A stretch of DNA of 64,000 nucleotides, the filler included, from Octopus bimaculoides (taxonomy: Eukaryota): assembly GCF_001194135.2 (NCBI RefSeq). It is 5 parts of 5 records of this genome, joined end to end, with 100 filler letters (N's around TTAATTAATTAA, not from the genome) between each part and the next. Parts side by side here need not be neighbours in the genome. Positions count along the whole stretch, not along the records: positions 1 to 24,838 come from NC_069003.1; 4 more parts are not named here. One strand, given 5' to 3'. Every line of letters starts with the position of its first letter. The stretch's first letter is position 1. Both the position numbers and the translations under genes were made by a program. The notes under the pieces were generated by a model, which worked only from the letters and a program-made list of their open reading frames with translations, did no database searches and was not told where the DNA came from. Of this stretch, positions 1-13,544 are shown in pieces.

Positions 1-259
1 ATATATATGTGTATACATGTAAGTATATATGCATATGCATCTATGTATGTAAGTATGTAATTCGATGTATATGTGTGTGTCTATGTGTCTGTGCGTACTT
101 GGATTGACATGAAATGTTCGCTATTGTTCGTGTTTCTCGTTACCGCTGATCGCACCATTAAACAGCAATTGAGAAAAACCTCACAAATGCAACGAATGTT
201 TACAGTTTACTTTAATGCATTGTCTACAATTTGCCTCTCATTTATATACTCAACCTTAC

Positions 260-307
<48 letters not shown>

Positions 308-1646
308 NNNNNNNNNNNNNNNNNNNNNNNNNNNNNNNNNNNNNNNNNNNNNNNNNNNNNNNNNNNNNNNNNNNNNNNNNNNNNNNNNNNNNNNNNNNNN
401 NNNNNNNNNNNNNNNNNNNNNNNNNNNNNNNNNNNNNNNNNNNNNNNNNNNNNNNNNNNNNNNNNNNNNNNNNNNNNNNNNNNNNNNNNNNNNNNNNNNN
501 NNNNNNNNNNNNNNNNNNNNNNNNNNNNNNNNNNNNNNNNNNNNNNNNNNNNNNNNNNNNNNNNNNNNNNNNNNNNNNNNNNNNNNNNNNNNNNNNNNNN
601 NNNNNNNNNNNNNNNNNNNNNNNNNNNNNNNNNNNNNNNNNNNNNNNNNNNNNNNNNNNNNNNNNNNNNNNNNNNNNNNNNNNNNNNNNNNNNNNNNNNN
701 NNNNNNNNNNNNNNNNNNNNNNNNNNNNNNNNNNNNNNNNNNNNNNNNNNNNNNNNNNNNNNNNNNNNNNNNNNNNNNNNNNNNNNNNNNNNNNNNNNNN
801 NNNNNNNNNNNNNNNNNNNNNNNNNNNNNNNNNNNNNNNNNNNNNNNNNNNNNNNNNNNNNNNNNNNNNNNNNNNNNNNNNNNNNNNNNNNNNNNNNNNN
901 NNNNNNNNNNNNNNNNNNNNNNNNNNNNNNNNNNNNNNNNNNNNNNNNNNNNNNNNNNNNNNNNNNNNNNNNNNNNNNNNNNNNNNNNNNNNNNNNNNNN
1001 NNNNNNNNNNNNNNNNNNNNNNNNNNNNNNNNNNNNNNNNNNNNNNNNNNNNNNNNNNNNNNNNNNNNNNNNNNNNNNNNNNNNNNNNNNNNNNNNNNNN
1101 NNNNNNNNNNNNNNNNNNNNNNNNNNNNNNNNNNNNNNNNNNNNNNNAAAAATAAAAAATTTAAGGTTACGCTATTGTCATGGATGATGATGATATTTCT
1201 GTTGTTGCTGTTGTTGTTGTTGTTGTTGCTGCTGCTACTGCTGTAGATTTATCATTGTTCAATTCCGATTAAGCAAAAATATAACCACAAGAATTCTCCA
1301 CGTGACCATCTCGTCATTTTAGATAATCTATTTTAAACTACATTATCCTCCCTCCCTTCCCGCTATTTACATAAGATTTGGCTGCTTTTTCTAGCATGTC
1401 GAATGTCTTCGTAGAAGCTCTTCTTGGTGCGCATGCGCATGCGTGAGTTCGTCTTAAATCCTCGTTTTCAAGCGATGCTTCAAAACGAAATGAGAAGCAA
1501 CGCCATTAAGAAGCTAATCACCAGCTTGCTTTATATCTTCCACAGATAATCTCTTAATGAGTGATTAAAGAACGACACTGTTGTTGTTGTTGTTGTTCTT
1601 CTTGTGTGCTGTTGCCGTACCTGTTGCTATTATTTAATTCTATGTT

Positions 1647-1877
1647 AAGGTGGCGAGCTGACAGAATCGTTAGCATGCCGGGTGAAATGCTCAGCGGCAT
1701 TTCGTCCGTCTTTATGTTCTGAGATAAAATTCCAAATTCCGCCGAAGTCGACTTTGCTTTTCATCCTTTTGAGGTCGATAAAATAAATATCAGCGAAACA
1801 CTGAGGTCGTTGAAATCGACCGCCACCCACCTCACCCGAAATTTCAGGCCTTGTGCTTTTAATAGAAAGGATTATTT
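1647..1877 (+). mobile_element. tRNA-derived SINE, family A (full-length copy)
   Basis: Head aaggtggcgagctgacagaatcgttagc, degenerate B-box region, central gtcgactttgcttttcatccttttgaggtcgataaa, tail aaatttcaggccttgtgc...agaaaggatt. More than 10 homologous copies occur in the window. The central domain resembles the Sauria/Meta-type SINE core (recalled, unverified). Confidence 0.85.
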
Positions 1878-1890
1878 AATTCTATATTAA

Positions 1891-2035
1891 ATCGGCGAAC
1901 TGGCAGAAACGTTAGCACGCCGGGCAAAATGTGTATCGGCATTTCGTCTGTCTTTACGTTCAGAGTTCAAGTTCCGCTGAGGTCGACTTTGCCTTTTATC
2001 CTTTCGGGGTCGATAAATTAAGTCCCAGTTGTGTT
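1891..2035 (+). mobile_element. SINE family A, 3'-truncated copy in tandem with the previous one
   Basis: ggcgaactggcagaaacgttagcacgccggg...gagttcaagttccgctgaggtcgactttgccttttatcctttcggggtcgataaattaag. Confidence 0.8.
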
Positions 2036-3156
2036 ATTTACTCTATCTGCATTTTTTAGCTATCAGTCTAAACATCATTTTTGGATAATGATGTTTATAT
2101 GTTGCCCAGTGTGTCCTTCTTTTATAAGATGGTAAAGTATAGTTTTCGGAGAGATTTGACTGCTATTTCTTGTATATCGATTAACCAAGTAAATGTACCT
2201 ACCCCCGCCTCTTTATGAACTCTATCATCCGCAATAAAATATAAGTAGTTGAAATTTTTATCTGCTCTTTTTCGTCATTGAAATGGCATTCAGTTCAGTT
2301 GAACTATTAAAAGACAAAAATTAATGGAAAAGAGGAAGAAAATTGATGAAAATAGGTTTAAATTTGAAAAAATGTCATAATGATGAATAGAAAATGCCAT
2401 TTTTAAATAAAAAAAAATATTTTAAAAATATAACCATCACGTGATGAAGCTTCAAAACGATACGAAAGATAGTCTCCCTCGTCTCCCAGTTATTCTCCCA
2501 TTTCAGTTTTAACTCTTCATTCTTTCTCTCTTCAACGTCGCAACTGTTTCTTAGTAGCCATCTTGGCGCCGCCGTCGTCACCGCTACTTCCACCGCCACC
2601 ACCATCACCACCACCGACAACAACGACAACTCCCATACCAATTCCTCCTCCTCCTCCACCTCCTCCTTTTACTTTTTCATTCTTTATCAATATGCATTCT
2701 TTAAGTTAGTGTGTGTATCGGCCTGTCTGGTCGTCTGACTCTCTCTCTCTCTCTCTCTCTTTCTTCCTATCTGATATATATATATATATATAGTGTTGGC
2801 AGGGGAAGCGTTGGGTTAGTGTTCTCTTACGTCTCAAAATAGACTTCTTCTTACAACGTCACACCTTCTTTCCGTTCTCCTTNNNNNNNNNNNNNNNNNN
2901 NNNNNNNNNNNNNNNNNNNNNNNNNNNNNNNNNNNNNNNNNNNNNNNNNNNNNNNNNNNNNNNNNNNNNNNNNNNNNNNNNNNNNNNNNNNNNNNNNNNN
3001 NNNNNNNNNNNNNNNNNNNNNNNNNNNNNNNNNNNNNNNNNNNNNNNNNNNNNNNNNNNNNNNNNNNNNNNNNNNNNNNNNNNNNNNNNNNNNNNNNNNN
3101 NNNNNNNNNNNNNNNNNNNNNNNNNNNNNNNNNNNNNNNNNNNNNNNNNNNNNNNN

Positions 3157-3189
<33 letters not shown>

Positions 3190-3308
3190 CCTCTCTCTCT
3201 CTCTCTCTCTCTCCCTCTCTCTTTCTCTCTCTTTCTCTCTTTCGCTTTCCTGTCGCTTCTCATCTTTCTTGTCGTTATTTACTCCATATCCATTTTTTAG
3301 CTATCAGT

Positions 3309-3339
3309 CTCTCTCTCTCTCTCTCTATCTGTCTGTCTA

Positions 3340-3403
<64 letters not shown>

Positions 3404-3405
3404 CG

Positions 3406-3451
<46 letters not shown>

Positions 3452-3485
3452 CGTCTATCTATCTATCTATCTATCNNNNNNNNNN

Positions 3486-3574
<89 letters not shown>

Positions 3575-3615
3575 GGTCTGTCTGCCTGTCTGTCTGTCTG
3601 TCTATCTATGTCTAT
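3309..3615. repeat. Compound (CT)n/(TCTA)n/(TCTG)n microsatellite
   Basis: Seen directly; interrupted by a 10-N gap. Confidence 0.95.
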
Positions 3616-3689
3616 CTATATAGATGTATATAGTCTCTAATTACTGAAACTTGCTAATTAATAGAAGTCGTAGCTTCTATTTGACATAG

Positions 3690-3985
3690 TTATGACCCCC
3701 ATTTGATTAAGTTGTGGCCTTTGTTTGAACCAGGTGTGACCCCTGTTTGGCTCAATTGTGGCCCTTATTTGTCTCATTTGTTACTCCTATAAGACTCATT
3801 TGTGGCCCCATTTGACTCAGTTGTGATCCCTATTTGATTCAACTGCGGCTCCTATTTGACTCAAGTTTGGTCCCTATTTGACTCAGTTGTGACCCCTTTT
3901 TGACTCAACTGTGACCCCTGTTTGACTCAGTTCTATGTTCTATTTGACTCAATTCTATGGGCCCTTTTTGATTTGATAGTGGCTC
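3690..3985. repeat. 22-bp minisatellite, about 13 degenerate units (consensus TTTGACTCAGTTGTGACCCCTA)
   Basis: TTTGA(C/T)TCA starts at 3811, 3833, 3855, 3877, 3899, 3921 and 3943, an exact 22-bp period. Units decay toward both ends. Confidence 0.9.
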
Positions 3986-4254
3986 TTCTTTCACTTAGTG
4001 GGGTCTGTCTCGTTGGCACATTGGCACGATATTAATGTGACCTCTGAAAGTAGGTATAGGCGTTTGTAATGATGGGCCGGTAGCCGAGGTGAGGGCCAAA
4101 GATACCTGTGCGGTTTCTTTGACCCTTGGGGATAATTGTTATATTTGACAAGAGGGAGAGGGTGTGTGACAGGGGCTAAACAATGCTGACAGGCAAGCCT
4201 TGTTTATGGTTAAGATGATCTCTAAGATCACATTATCGAATGTGATTTAAAAAA

Positions 4255-4335
4255 TTTTTTTTATTTCAGACTGTAGGGTATGATTTGAGGGCGAGTTTGC
4301 TACTACTCCCGGCAGGTTGAGTGACCACATATTGG
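4255..4335 (+). repeat. Short dispersed repeat, family C (representative copy)
   Basis: Motif like tttaagacggtagggtgtgatttgagggagatttggctgctatttctagcaggtcgagcgaccac. Degenerate copies on both strands near 1370, 2120, 7920, 17440, 20270, 49640, 56050, 58780 and 59830. Confidence 0.65.
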
Positions 4336-4769
4336 AAAGGATACAGTAATTGGGTGATATCAGACAGAATACAAATGAGTAAGACAGAGAAAGGACAAGG
4401 TAGGGCGGAAGGTTACTGTTGTTCAACCCAAGATCTGGTTTGTTCGATCAGTCATCAAAGTGGAGAGCAAATATTTGGAATTGGTAGTGATGTGTGTGTG
4501 TGTGTGTGTGTGTCTGCAGCGCGNNNNNNNNNNNNNNNNNNNNNNNNNNNNNNNNNNNNNNNNNNNNNNNNNNNNNNNNNNNNNNNNNNNNNNNNNNNNN
4601 NNNNNNNNNNNNNNNNNNNNNNNNNNNNNNNNNNNNNNNNNNNNNNNNNNNNNNNNNNNNNNNNNNNNNNNNNNNNGAAACAAGAATTACCGCAAAGACA
4701 AATAATTTGGCAAAATTCCACTTTATTAATATTTTGAAATATTTAGACACTTCATTAATTTCATTTCTC

Positions 4770-4822
<53 letters not shown>

Positions 4823-5669
4823 TTGTCATCTCTTTTCTCTCCTCTCTTCTTTCTCTCCTCTTCTTTCTCTCTATCCTCTTTTTACTCTCTCTCCTCTTCT
4901 TTCTCTCTTCTCTTCTTTCTCTCTCCTCTTCTGCCTCACTCTCCTCTTCCTTCTCTCACTCTCTGCCACTTTCTCCTTTCTCCTTTTCTCTCGTTCTCCT
5001 TATTTGCGCGCGTGAGTCTTAATATGTGTGTGAATATGTGTGTGTGTGTGTCCCTCCACGAAATTAATCCTCTCTTCTTCATTTCCTTCTCTCTTTCTTT
5101 CCACCTCATCTTTTCGTCACTATCTATCTATCTATCTATATATATATGTATATATATATCCCTGTGTCTGTCCCTCACTGTCTCCACTTTTCATTCATCT
5201 CTCTGTCTTTCTCTATTTTTCAACCCCACAATGTCCCAACTAACTCCCCACCAGCTTTTCACTGGTTCTCAATCTGCCTGTTCCTTCTTCTCGTCCCTCC
5301 CCCTCTCTCTCTCTCACCACTCCTCTCCTCTTCTCCCCCTATCACCGTTACCTGTAATAGCTCCACACTGTGAGCAAGTTCGGTGGCTGGCTTAAACTTC
5401 ATCATAGATTCCCTACAACTCTATGAGAACAAGCTTAACGGAATATTAATAATTATTTCGAAGTCTGGCAGTGAATCAATTCTCGCCAAATATGGATGGT
5501 GAGTTTTCATCGACCACCTAAGGGTGAAACCCTAGGGTTTGAACTCCGACACCCAAACACTTAATTAAATAACTTCTGTTTCATTTAGTTATAAGCCGCA
5601 ATAATGTTGCCCCCTCCCAAACCCGCTGAACGTTGATGCTAGAACCCCAACGTAAACCAACCTTACAAC

Positions 5670-5877
5670 TTAAATAGACACAAGGCCTGAAATTTGGGTG
5701 AGGAGGGGGCTAGTCAATTATATCGACACCAGTACTCAACTGGTACTTATTTTATCGACAACGAAAGGATAAAAGACAAAGGCGACCTCGACGGAATTTG
5801 AACTCAGAACGTAAAGACGGACGAAATACCGCTAAAAATTTTTGTCCGGCGTGCTAACCATTCTGTCAGCTCACCTT
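5670..5877 (-). mobile_element. SINE family A
   Basis: Reverse complement of the family A consensus: cacaaggcctgaaattt...gacctcgacggaatttgaactcagaacgtaaagacggacgaaatacc...ttctgtcagctcacctt. Confidence 0.85.
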
Positions 5878-6684
5878 CTATCGACCCCGGGATGATGAAA
5901 GACGTTGTTGACAACGGTCAGGTTTGATCACAGAAGATAAAGAGTCCCAATGAAATATAGCAGCACATTGTTTCCTGCGCTCTACCAATTCTGTCAATAT
6001 TATCTATTTTGTCTCGTGTACAGGGACCCTAATTTTCTAGGGAGGAAGAACGACATGTGTTGATACCAAGATTTGTCCTCTACTTAGGGACGCAATGAGG
6101 ATATTTAGCTCCCTCAATCTGCCCTACTATGCACACACCCTCTTCGTAACCCTACAATGCATTCTCCCTTCTCGCAACTCCGCAGTGTACACTTCACTCC
6201 TTTCAGCTCTACAATGAACTCCGTTTCTGTCAGCCTATCATTTTTACTCTATAAATTCCTCCTGCTATCATCACTCTCTGAAAATTGCCGTTAAAAAAGT
6301 TACAATTAAATTGTGCACAATAAATCTATAGTTTTATTATGCATATCTGCAAGTTAATCTGTTTTCTGGCAACATTTTAAATGCTTCATGCCAAATCTTG
6401 TGACAGGTCATATTATCAGACAAACCCTTTTGTCTTTCTTGCCCGACCCTAACCCCGTCGTCTAACCCCTGCTGTTCCGAGATTGACCTTTCCTTCTCTA
6501 TTCATTACTGAGTTATCGTGTATATTAAGGCATTTCGTTGTTCAATTTTGTAAGAACTTATGTCTTATTCTTAGACATTGGCATCCAAAGCTATCACCGA
6601 GGTAACCCAGTATGTAACATTTCTATTGGTACTTTATTTCAGTGATTCCGATTGGATGAGGGCTACGTTGACGATGGCAGGATA

Positions 6685-6746
<62 letters not shown>

Positions 6747-8749
6747 ACTATCTACTACAGTCTACCCATCTGTCTACCATATTCCCTTCATCAATCCTTC
6801 ATATTTTATCTATTATTCTATACACTCTCCATCATAATCTGTTAATCCACTAAATACTATTCAACACTGCCCCATATTCCATTTCTCCTTATTCTCCTTT
6901 ATTCTGTTCCTAATCCTCCGTTTCCTGTCTAACCATTGATCATATCTAACCTACAATCTGTTAATCCACTAAACTTTCACACACAGTGAGGAGAAATACC
7001 TTAATCTTATCTACTGCATTCAGTACAACTACTCTCACTCTAGTTTCTCTACAATCTCTTCGCATTTACGTTTCATTCTTGATGGTGGCAGCCATAACTC
7101 TTAATATAAAACTCATCATGTTTTATCAATTCACGATATTCCATTTATTAATTCATCGTATTCTAGCATTATAACATATTCCATTTGTCAATTCCCCACC
7201 AATTCATTATATTTTATCAGTAATTTCATTATTTCCTCCAAATCAATTCCTCATGCTGTCTAGATGTCTCCCTGCTTAATATCAAATTCTCAAACAAACA
7301 AGAGTGTTTCTATCAAGAATCATTAGCAACTTTAAAATGCTGTTAATGCGCCGCCATTCTCCAATTCGAAATGGGGGAAAGCATCGGATAATACAGTCTA
7401 AGATACAGTGTGTCTGAATGTAAACAGGATTAAAATAGATTAAAATAGATTTGATAATAGGTCTACGGGACCAGGGCTCAACAGCAACAGATATTAGGCT
7501 GTTCTAAAAATAATGGCCGATTTCAGAAACAATTTTATTCTGGAAAATTTAACAATAGAAATGCTTCGATTAGTCAAAGTATGAGCCATGAACATCTATA
7601 CATCTCTGCCATTGATCAACGAGATTATTTATGCCTCGTTGATTGAAAACTTATTGGCTTTGATGCTATGAAATCTTTGAAAGCTGATTCACCTCTGGTT
7701 TGGACCTGAAAGTTTTATCACTTAAAAACGCTTTAAAAAATGGTAGTCAGTGGGTGAAAGATCAGGAGAATATGGAGGATGTGGTAAAGTCTCGTATCTC
7801 AAGTCTGTGAGTTTCTGCAACGTCATACTTGTAACACGTGGCTTTGAATTATCGTGGAGCAGAATCGGGCCACGCCGATTCACCAATGCAGGTCTCATTT
7901 GGCTGTCAAATCTTCTAAGTAATATCTAGATCTGTAAGAAATAGCAGCCGATTCTCCTTTTAAGTTACACACTAATGTCTCGGAAAAGGACGTACTCATT
8001 TTATGTGGTGTGATCACAAGAGGTCCGTCACTGATCGTGTGTCTGCTCAGTCATGATAAACCTTGGGCTAAACGATTAGCCGTCTAGATAGAGCAGGGAA
8101 GGGAGTCCTACCACAACGACAACAAAACACACAAAAAAAAACCAGCAAAAGCAACGATGTTAATGGTAACAAAAGTAACAACAGTAAATAGGTTCTCTTT
8201 TAATTTATGCTGTTTGATATTGGGATGAAAGACACCATGAANNNNNNNNNNNNNNNNNNNNNNNNNNNNNNNNNNNNNNNNNNNNNNNNNNNNNNNNNNN
8301 NNNNNNNNNNNNNNNNNNNNNNNNNNNNNNNNNNNNNNNNNNNNNNNNNNNNNNNNNNNNNNNNNNNNNNNNNNNNNNNNNNNNNNNNNNNNNNNNNNNN
8401 NNNNNNNNNNNNNNNNNNNNNNNNNNNNNNNNNNNNNNNNNNNNNNNNNNNNNNNNNNNNNNTATATATATATTAGGGACAAAATCCAAAGTTATTTTCC
8501 CTAAAACTATATATATATATATATATATTCATATATACACACGTGTATATATATGTGTGTGTGTGTATGTGTGTGCTCGTGTGCGTATGTCTATGTATGT
8601 TCAGTATGTGTATGTGTATGAAAGTGTCTGTGTGTATGTGTATGAGTGCGTGTGTCTGTCTGTGTGTGAATGTCTATGTATGTACCGTATGTGTATGTGC
8701 ATGAGAGTGTGTGCGTGTATGAATGTGTGTATGAGTGTATGTGTGTATG

Positions 8750-8829
<80 letters not shown>

Positions 8830-9249
8830 CGGTGTCAAATATATATGAGCGTGTGCAGGAACATTAAGACGATGCCGGAGTCTGTTTTGACACGGTCTGG
8901 CCACATTGAATTTGGAATGGCAATGTAATTTATATTATGTAGATTTGATTACCGGCCAAGCTTATACACACTCACACACCTACACGCACGCACACACTCG
9001 CACCTGCGTGCACGCATACACACAAACACACACACACACACACACACATATACGCACATATATATATATACACACACGCATGTATAATTTATATTGCTAT
9101 ACTGTCTTCGGTGCCATGCGATTTACTAATTCACAAATCGACCTGTTATACATACGTACACAAACACACACATACACACACACACACTCTCACACACGCA
9201 CATATATTTATACACACACAAACATATATATATATATATATATGAATTT

Positions 9250-9660
9250 TTGAATGAAGCGCAATGTAAGTGTGGCCATATTTTTCTCGATCGCGGTCTC
9301 CAAATTCGTGAGCAATCCATTTGCTGAATTTAGGCTCCAATTTCAACAAATGACAACTGACCGTAGACATTGATGAATTAAGCTCTTTTACTGATTCTTC
9401 ATCGGTCACACTTCTATTTCAGCCAAAGGCTACAGTCAGTTATTTATCATCGAAACAGGCTGTCCACAGAAAAGAGGAAACGTTTCAGTTCTAGTCAGCT
9501 GCTCTAAATTTTTGGAACCATCGGTAGCATTTTTACTCAGTTAAAACATTATCGCCGTAGACTTCCTCTCAGTGTTTTTACATTAATATTTGTTTGGCGT
9601 CCATTTTTAAACTCATAAAGCATGACATGTCTTTATTCTCTTCGCTAACCCCCAGAGTTG
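9250..9660 (-). pseudogene. Degenerate mariner transposase, N-terminal HTH region
   Basis: Minus-strand frames, with stops and frameshifts, give HVMLYEFKNG, VYGDNVLTE, CYRWFQKFRAAD, GQP and STVSCHLLKLEPKFSKWIAHEF. These match the mariner motifs LYEFK-G, RWF-KFR-G, SGRP and WVPHEL. No TIRs identified. Confidence 0.85.
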
Positions 9661-9877
9661 TGACGGGTTATTCAATTAAGCACTAATGGAAACTTTCTGG
9701 CGCAATGATTATCATTAGGAGAAAATTTTCTCTTATTGGCAATGGTGAAACGTCGTATTAGAGAAAATGATGCAAATTTGGAAAACATTGTTAAAAAAAG
9801 ACATTATGTAAAAAAAAATACGCCAGATATACGCACATATACATACACACACAGATGTATGTACATGTGTGAGTGAT

Positions 9878-9919
<42 letters not shown>

Positions 9920-10198
9920 TATATAACATATGTAGATACATTCTCTGTATATATGTGTGTGTGTGCGTATGNNNNNNNNNNNNNNNNNNNNNNNNNNNNN
10001 NNNNNNNNNNNNNNNNNNNNNNNNNNNNNNNNNNNNNNNNNNNNNNNNNNNNNNNNNNNNNNNNNNNNNNNNNNNNNNNNNNNNNNNNNNNNNNNNNNNN
10101 NNNNNNNNNNNNNNNNNNNNNNNNNNNNNNNNNNNNNNNNNNNNNNNNNNNNNNNNNNNNNNNNNNNNNNNNNNNNNNNNNNATATATATATATGTAC

Positions 10199-10229
<31 letters not shown>

Positions 10230-11820
10230 TATATAACATATGTAGATACATTCTCTGTATATATGTGTGTGTGTGCGTATGCATATACATATATACATAT
10301 GTATGTATGTATGTATATACACGCGCACATAAATTTGCGATAGAATCTCTACATCAATTCTCCTAATTTCTTTTTTTATTAATATGAATTAACGTGTATC
10401 CATTTTGATTGTGAATTATGCAGAAATGAAAGCTCAGATGTCCACTCCTTCTTCAATGGCTTTACCGGACTGCACTAAATTATTATAGTCTTTTAGTCCT
10501 TTTTACCATTTAGTGGTTCCAGTCAGTGCATTCCAGATATGATGCTGAACCACCTTCAAAAGGTTTTAGTTCATTATATCCACCTAACTATGTAGTAATA
10601 TGGTACTTATGGTTTATCGATCTCTCTTCTTCGTTTATTGATTTCTCTTCAGGAATGTTTGTTCTACGTAGAGAGATCTAACACAATGGCGAAATATTAC
10701 AAACTACATCGACAGACCCATTTATGTCGACACGTACGAACACATACATATATCCTCACATTTATATATATATGTATATGCATATGTGTGTGTATGTGCG
10801 TGTGTGTGACAAGTTTTCGTACATTTTTAATAAACTTAATTTTCGCTCACAATACGTTGATCTGTGTCAGGTGCTATTGTCGACGACAATATCGCCTTAT
10901 ATATGATGATGATGATGATGATGATGATGANNNNNNNNNNNNNNNNNNNNNNNNNNNNNNNNNNNNNNNNNNNNNNNNNNNNNNNNNNNNNNNNNNNNNN
11001 NNNNNNNNNNNNNNNNNNNNNNNNNNNNNNNNNNNNNNNNNNNNNNNNNNNNNNNNNNNNNNNNNNNNNNNNNNNNNNNNNNNNNNNNNNNNNNNNNNNN
11101 NNNNNNNNNNNNNNNNNNNNNNNNNNNNNNNNNNNNNNNNNNNNNNNNNNNNNNNNNNNNNNNNNNNNNNNNNNNNNNNNNNNNNNNNNNNNNNNNNNNN
11201 NNNNNNNNNNNNNNNNNNNNNNNNNNNNNNNNNNNNNNNNNNNNNNNNNNNNNNNNNNNNNNNNNNNNNNNNNNNNNNNNNNNNNNNNNNNNNNNNATAT
11301 ATATAGAAACAAATACACACACACACATATTTACATTCCATATAAAAACACACATACTTATGTAATGTATATATAGATAGAAGCACGCTTATTCTATGAT
11401 CTACAGAGAATAACGGTAACATACACAGACATCAATACAGATACACACGCATACAATACAAGAAATATAACCAGCTGGAGAATGTATTGACAGAATTAAA
11501 ATTAATCGGATATGAAGGTAATGTATAGCTTTTTTTAATGTCTGTAGAAGAATGCTATTTGTGTATGTATATATGCATGTGTGTATGTATATATGTATGT
11601 ATGTATGTGTGTATGTATGTGTGTATGTGTGCGTGTGTGCATACGTGTGTCTGCTAAACCACATACTAAGAAACCACCAAAAAATGTTGTGGCGGGGTAA
11701 TGATGATCGATGATGTAATGACTGAGGCGTAAAACATATAGAAGACAGAACTGCAGCAGCAATAATATTAATATTAATAATAAAAATAATAATGATAATG
11801 ATAATAATGATATTAAAACA

Positions 11821-11905
<85 letters not shown>

Positions 11906-12135
11906 CGCAAAGACTAATAAGGATGATGAATATAGTGAGGAATAGAAAATGTTCATAACAGAATTTATACAAACGTATATGTTTTATATATGATATACAT
12001 ACACGCATATATATACATTTAAATACATACATACACACACACACACATTTAAATATGTATATACATATGCTTATGTATATATGTATGTACATGGAATACA
12101 TATGCGTGTGAGTGCATGTAATATACATATAGTTA

Positions 12136-12231
<96 letters not shown>

Positions 12232-12507
12232 TACATATATGTAACATATATAATATATACATACGTATGTACATATATATCATATATATGCATATACAGA
12301 TACACGTATGAATGCATATGTGCATACATACATACACGCACATTCATACATACATGCATACATATACATACATACTTTATATATATATATATATAAATAT
12401 ATATATATATGTATATATACATATATATATGTGTGTATATGTATGTATATATATATACATATATATATGCATATATACATATATATACATACATATATAT
12501 ATGTATA

Positions 12508-12545
<38 letters not shown>

Positions 12546-13044
12546 NNNNNNNNNNNNNNNNNNNNNNNNNNNNNNNNNNNNNNNNNNNNNNNNNNNNNNN
12601 NNNNNNNNNNNNNNNNNNNNNNNNNNNNNNNNNNNNNNNNNNNNNNNNNNNNNNNNNNNNNNNNNNNNNNNNNNNNNNNNNNNNNNNNNNNNNNNNNNNN
12701 NNNNNNNNNNNNNNNNNNNNNNNNNNNNNNNNNNNNNNNNNNNNNNNNNNNNNNCATAAAGAATATACACAGAAAATATATCTTAATATTTCGATAAAAA
12801 ATTTGAACATCTAAAAAAGATTTTTATTTCTTTATTCATGAGTTTTTCTTTGCTTTTTTTCTGTTTTATTCTTTTTTCTGTATATTTTTGGGTGAAATAG
12901 AGCAGCAAATGTTACTACAATATTGAAGTATATATTCCTCTGTGTATTCGTGTGAGCTTTTGTATGTATTCGTGTGTATTTGGATGTATGCATGTATATA
13001 TGCATGTAAGTCGGTACATTTGCTTGGATGTAGGGATATCTGTG

Positions 13045-13330
13045 TGTGTTTCAGTGGTCAGAGCGTCGGGTTCACAATCGCGAGGTAGTGAGTTCGATCT
13101 CCGGACCGGGCTCTGTTAAGTGTTCTTGAGCAAGACGCTTTATTTTCACGTCAATCCAGTTCACTCAGTTGTAGAAATGATTTGCGACCTCATTGGTGCA
13201 AAGCTGTATCGACCCCTTTGCCTTTCCCTTGGATAACGTCAGTGGCATGGAGAGGGGAGGCTGGTTGGCATGGGCGACTGCTGGCATTCCACAAAGAAAA
13301 ACGACTTTCTTGGACTTGTTCCTTGGCTAA
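13045..13330 (+). mobile_element. tRNA-derived SINE (separate family, CORE-like centre)
   Basis: A-box-like cagtggtcagagcg and B-box gagttcgatctcc, followed by gtgttcttgagcaagacgcttta (CORE-like cttgggcaag) and a distinct tail. Confidence 0.7.
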
Positions 13331-13490
13331 TAGTATGAAGCGAGTTTCTTTACCACACATCCATGCATGTGCCTACACACAAACGCACGCACACACATGC
13401 ATATACACTCACATATAGAAGCGAAGGTATATATAGATGTATTTATATACATATATTTATATATATATATATTCACAGACACACGTGCGC

Positions 13491-13544
<54 letters not shown>

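Noticed and set aside
3690-3985. Regularly spaced repeats as a possible CRISPR array (also 22758 and 25961)
   Set aside because: The units are contiguous with no unique spacers, the context is eukaryotic, and there are no cas genes.
4255-4285. Apparent 8-nt microexon (tttttatttcag|actgtagg|gtatga)
   Set aside because: The sequence is part of dispersed repeat family C, and longer versions have stops in all frames.
5527-5540. Perfect 14-bp palindrome AAACCCTAGGGTTT (telo-box-like)
   Set aside because: A single occurrence of this length is plausible by chance, and there is no telomeric array nearby.
7653-7690. TGAAATCTTTGAAAGCTGATT resembling bantam (also TGAGATCATT near 50420)
   Set aside because: At 7.67 kb the seed is mismatched and the hairpin is too short. 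At 50.4 kb only the first 10 nt match and there is no hairpin.
9880-10290. Duplicate of about 90 bp on both sides of the 9972-10182 gap (similar situation at 35186-35432)
   Set aside because: Most simply unmerged overlapping contig ends. A real tandem duplication cannot be shown without reads.
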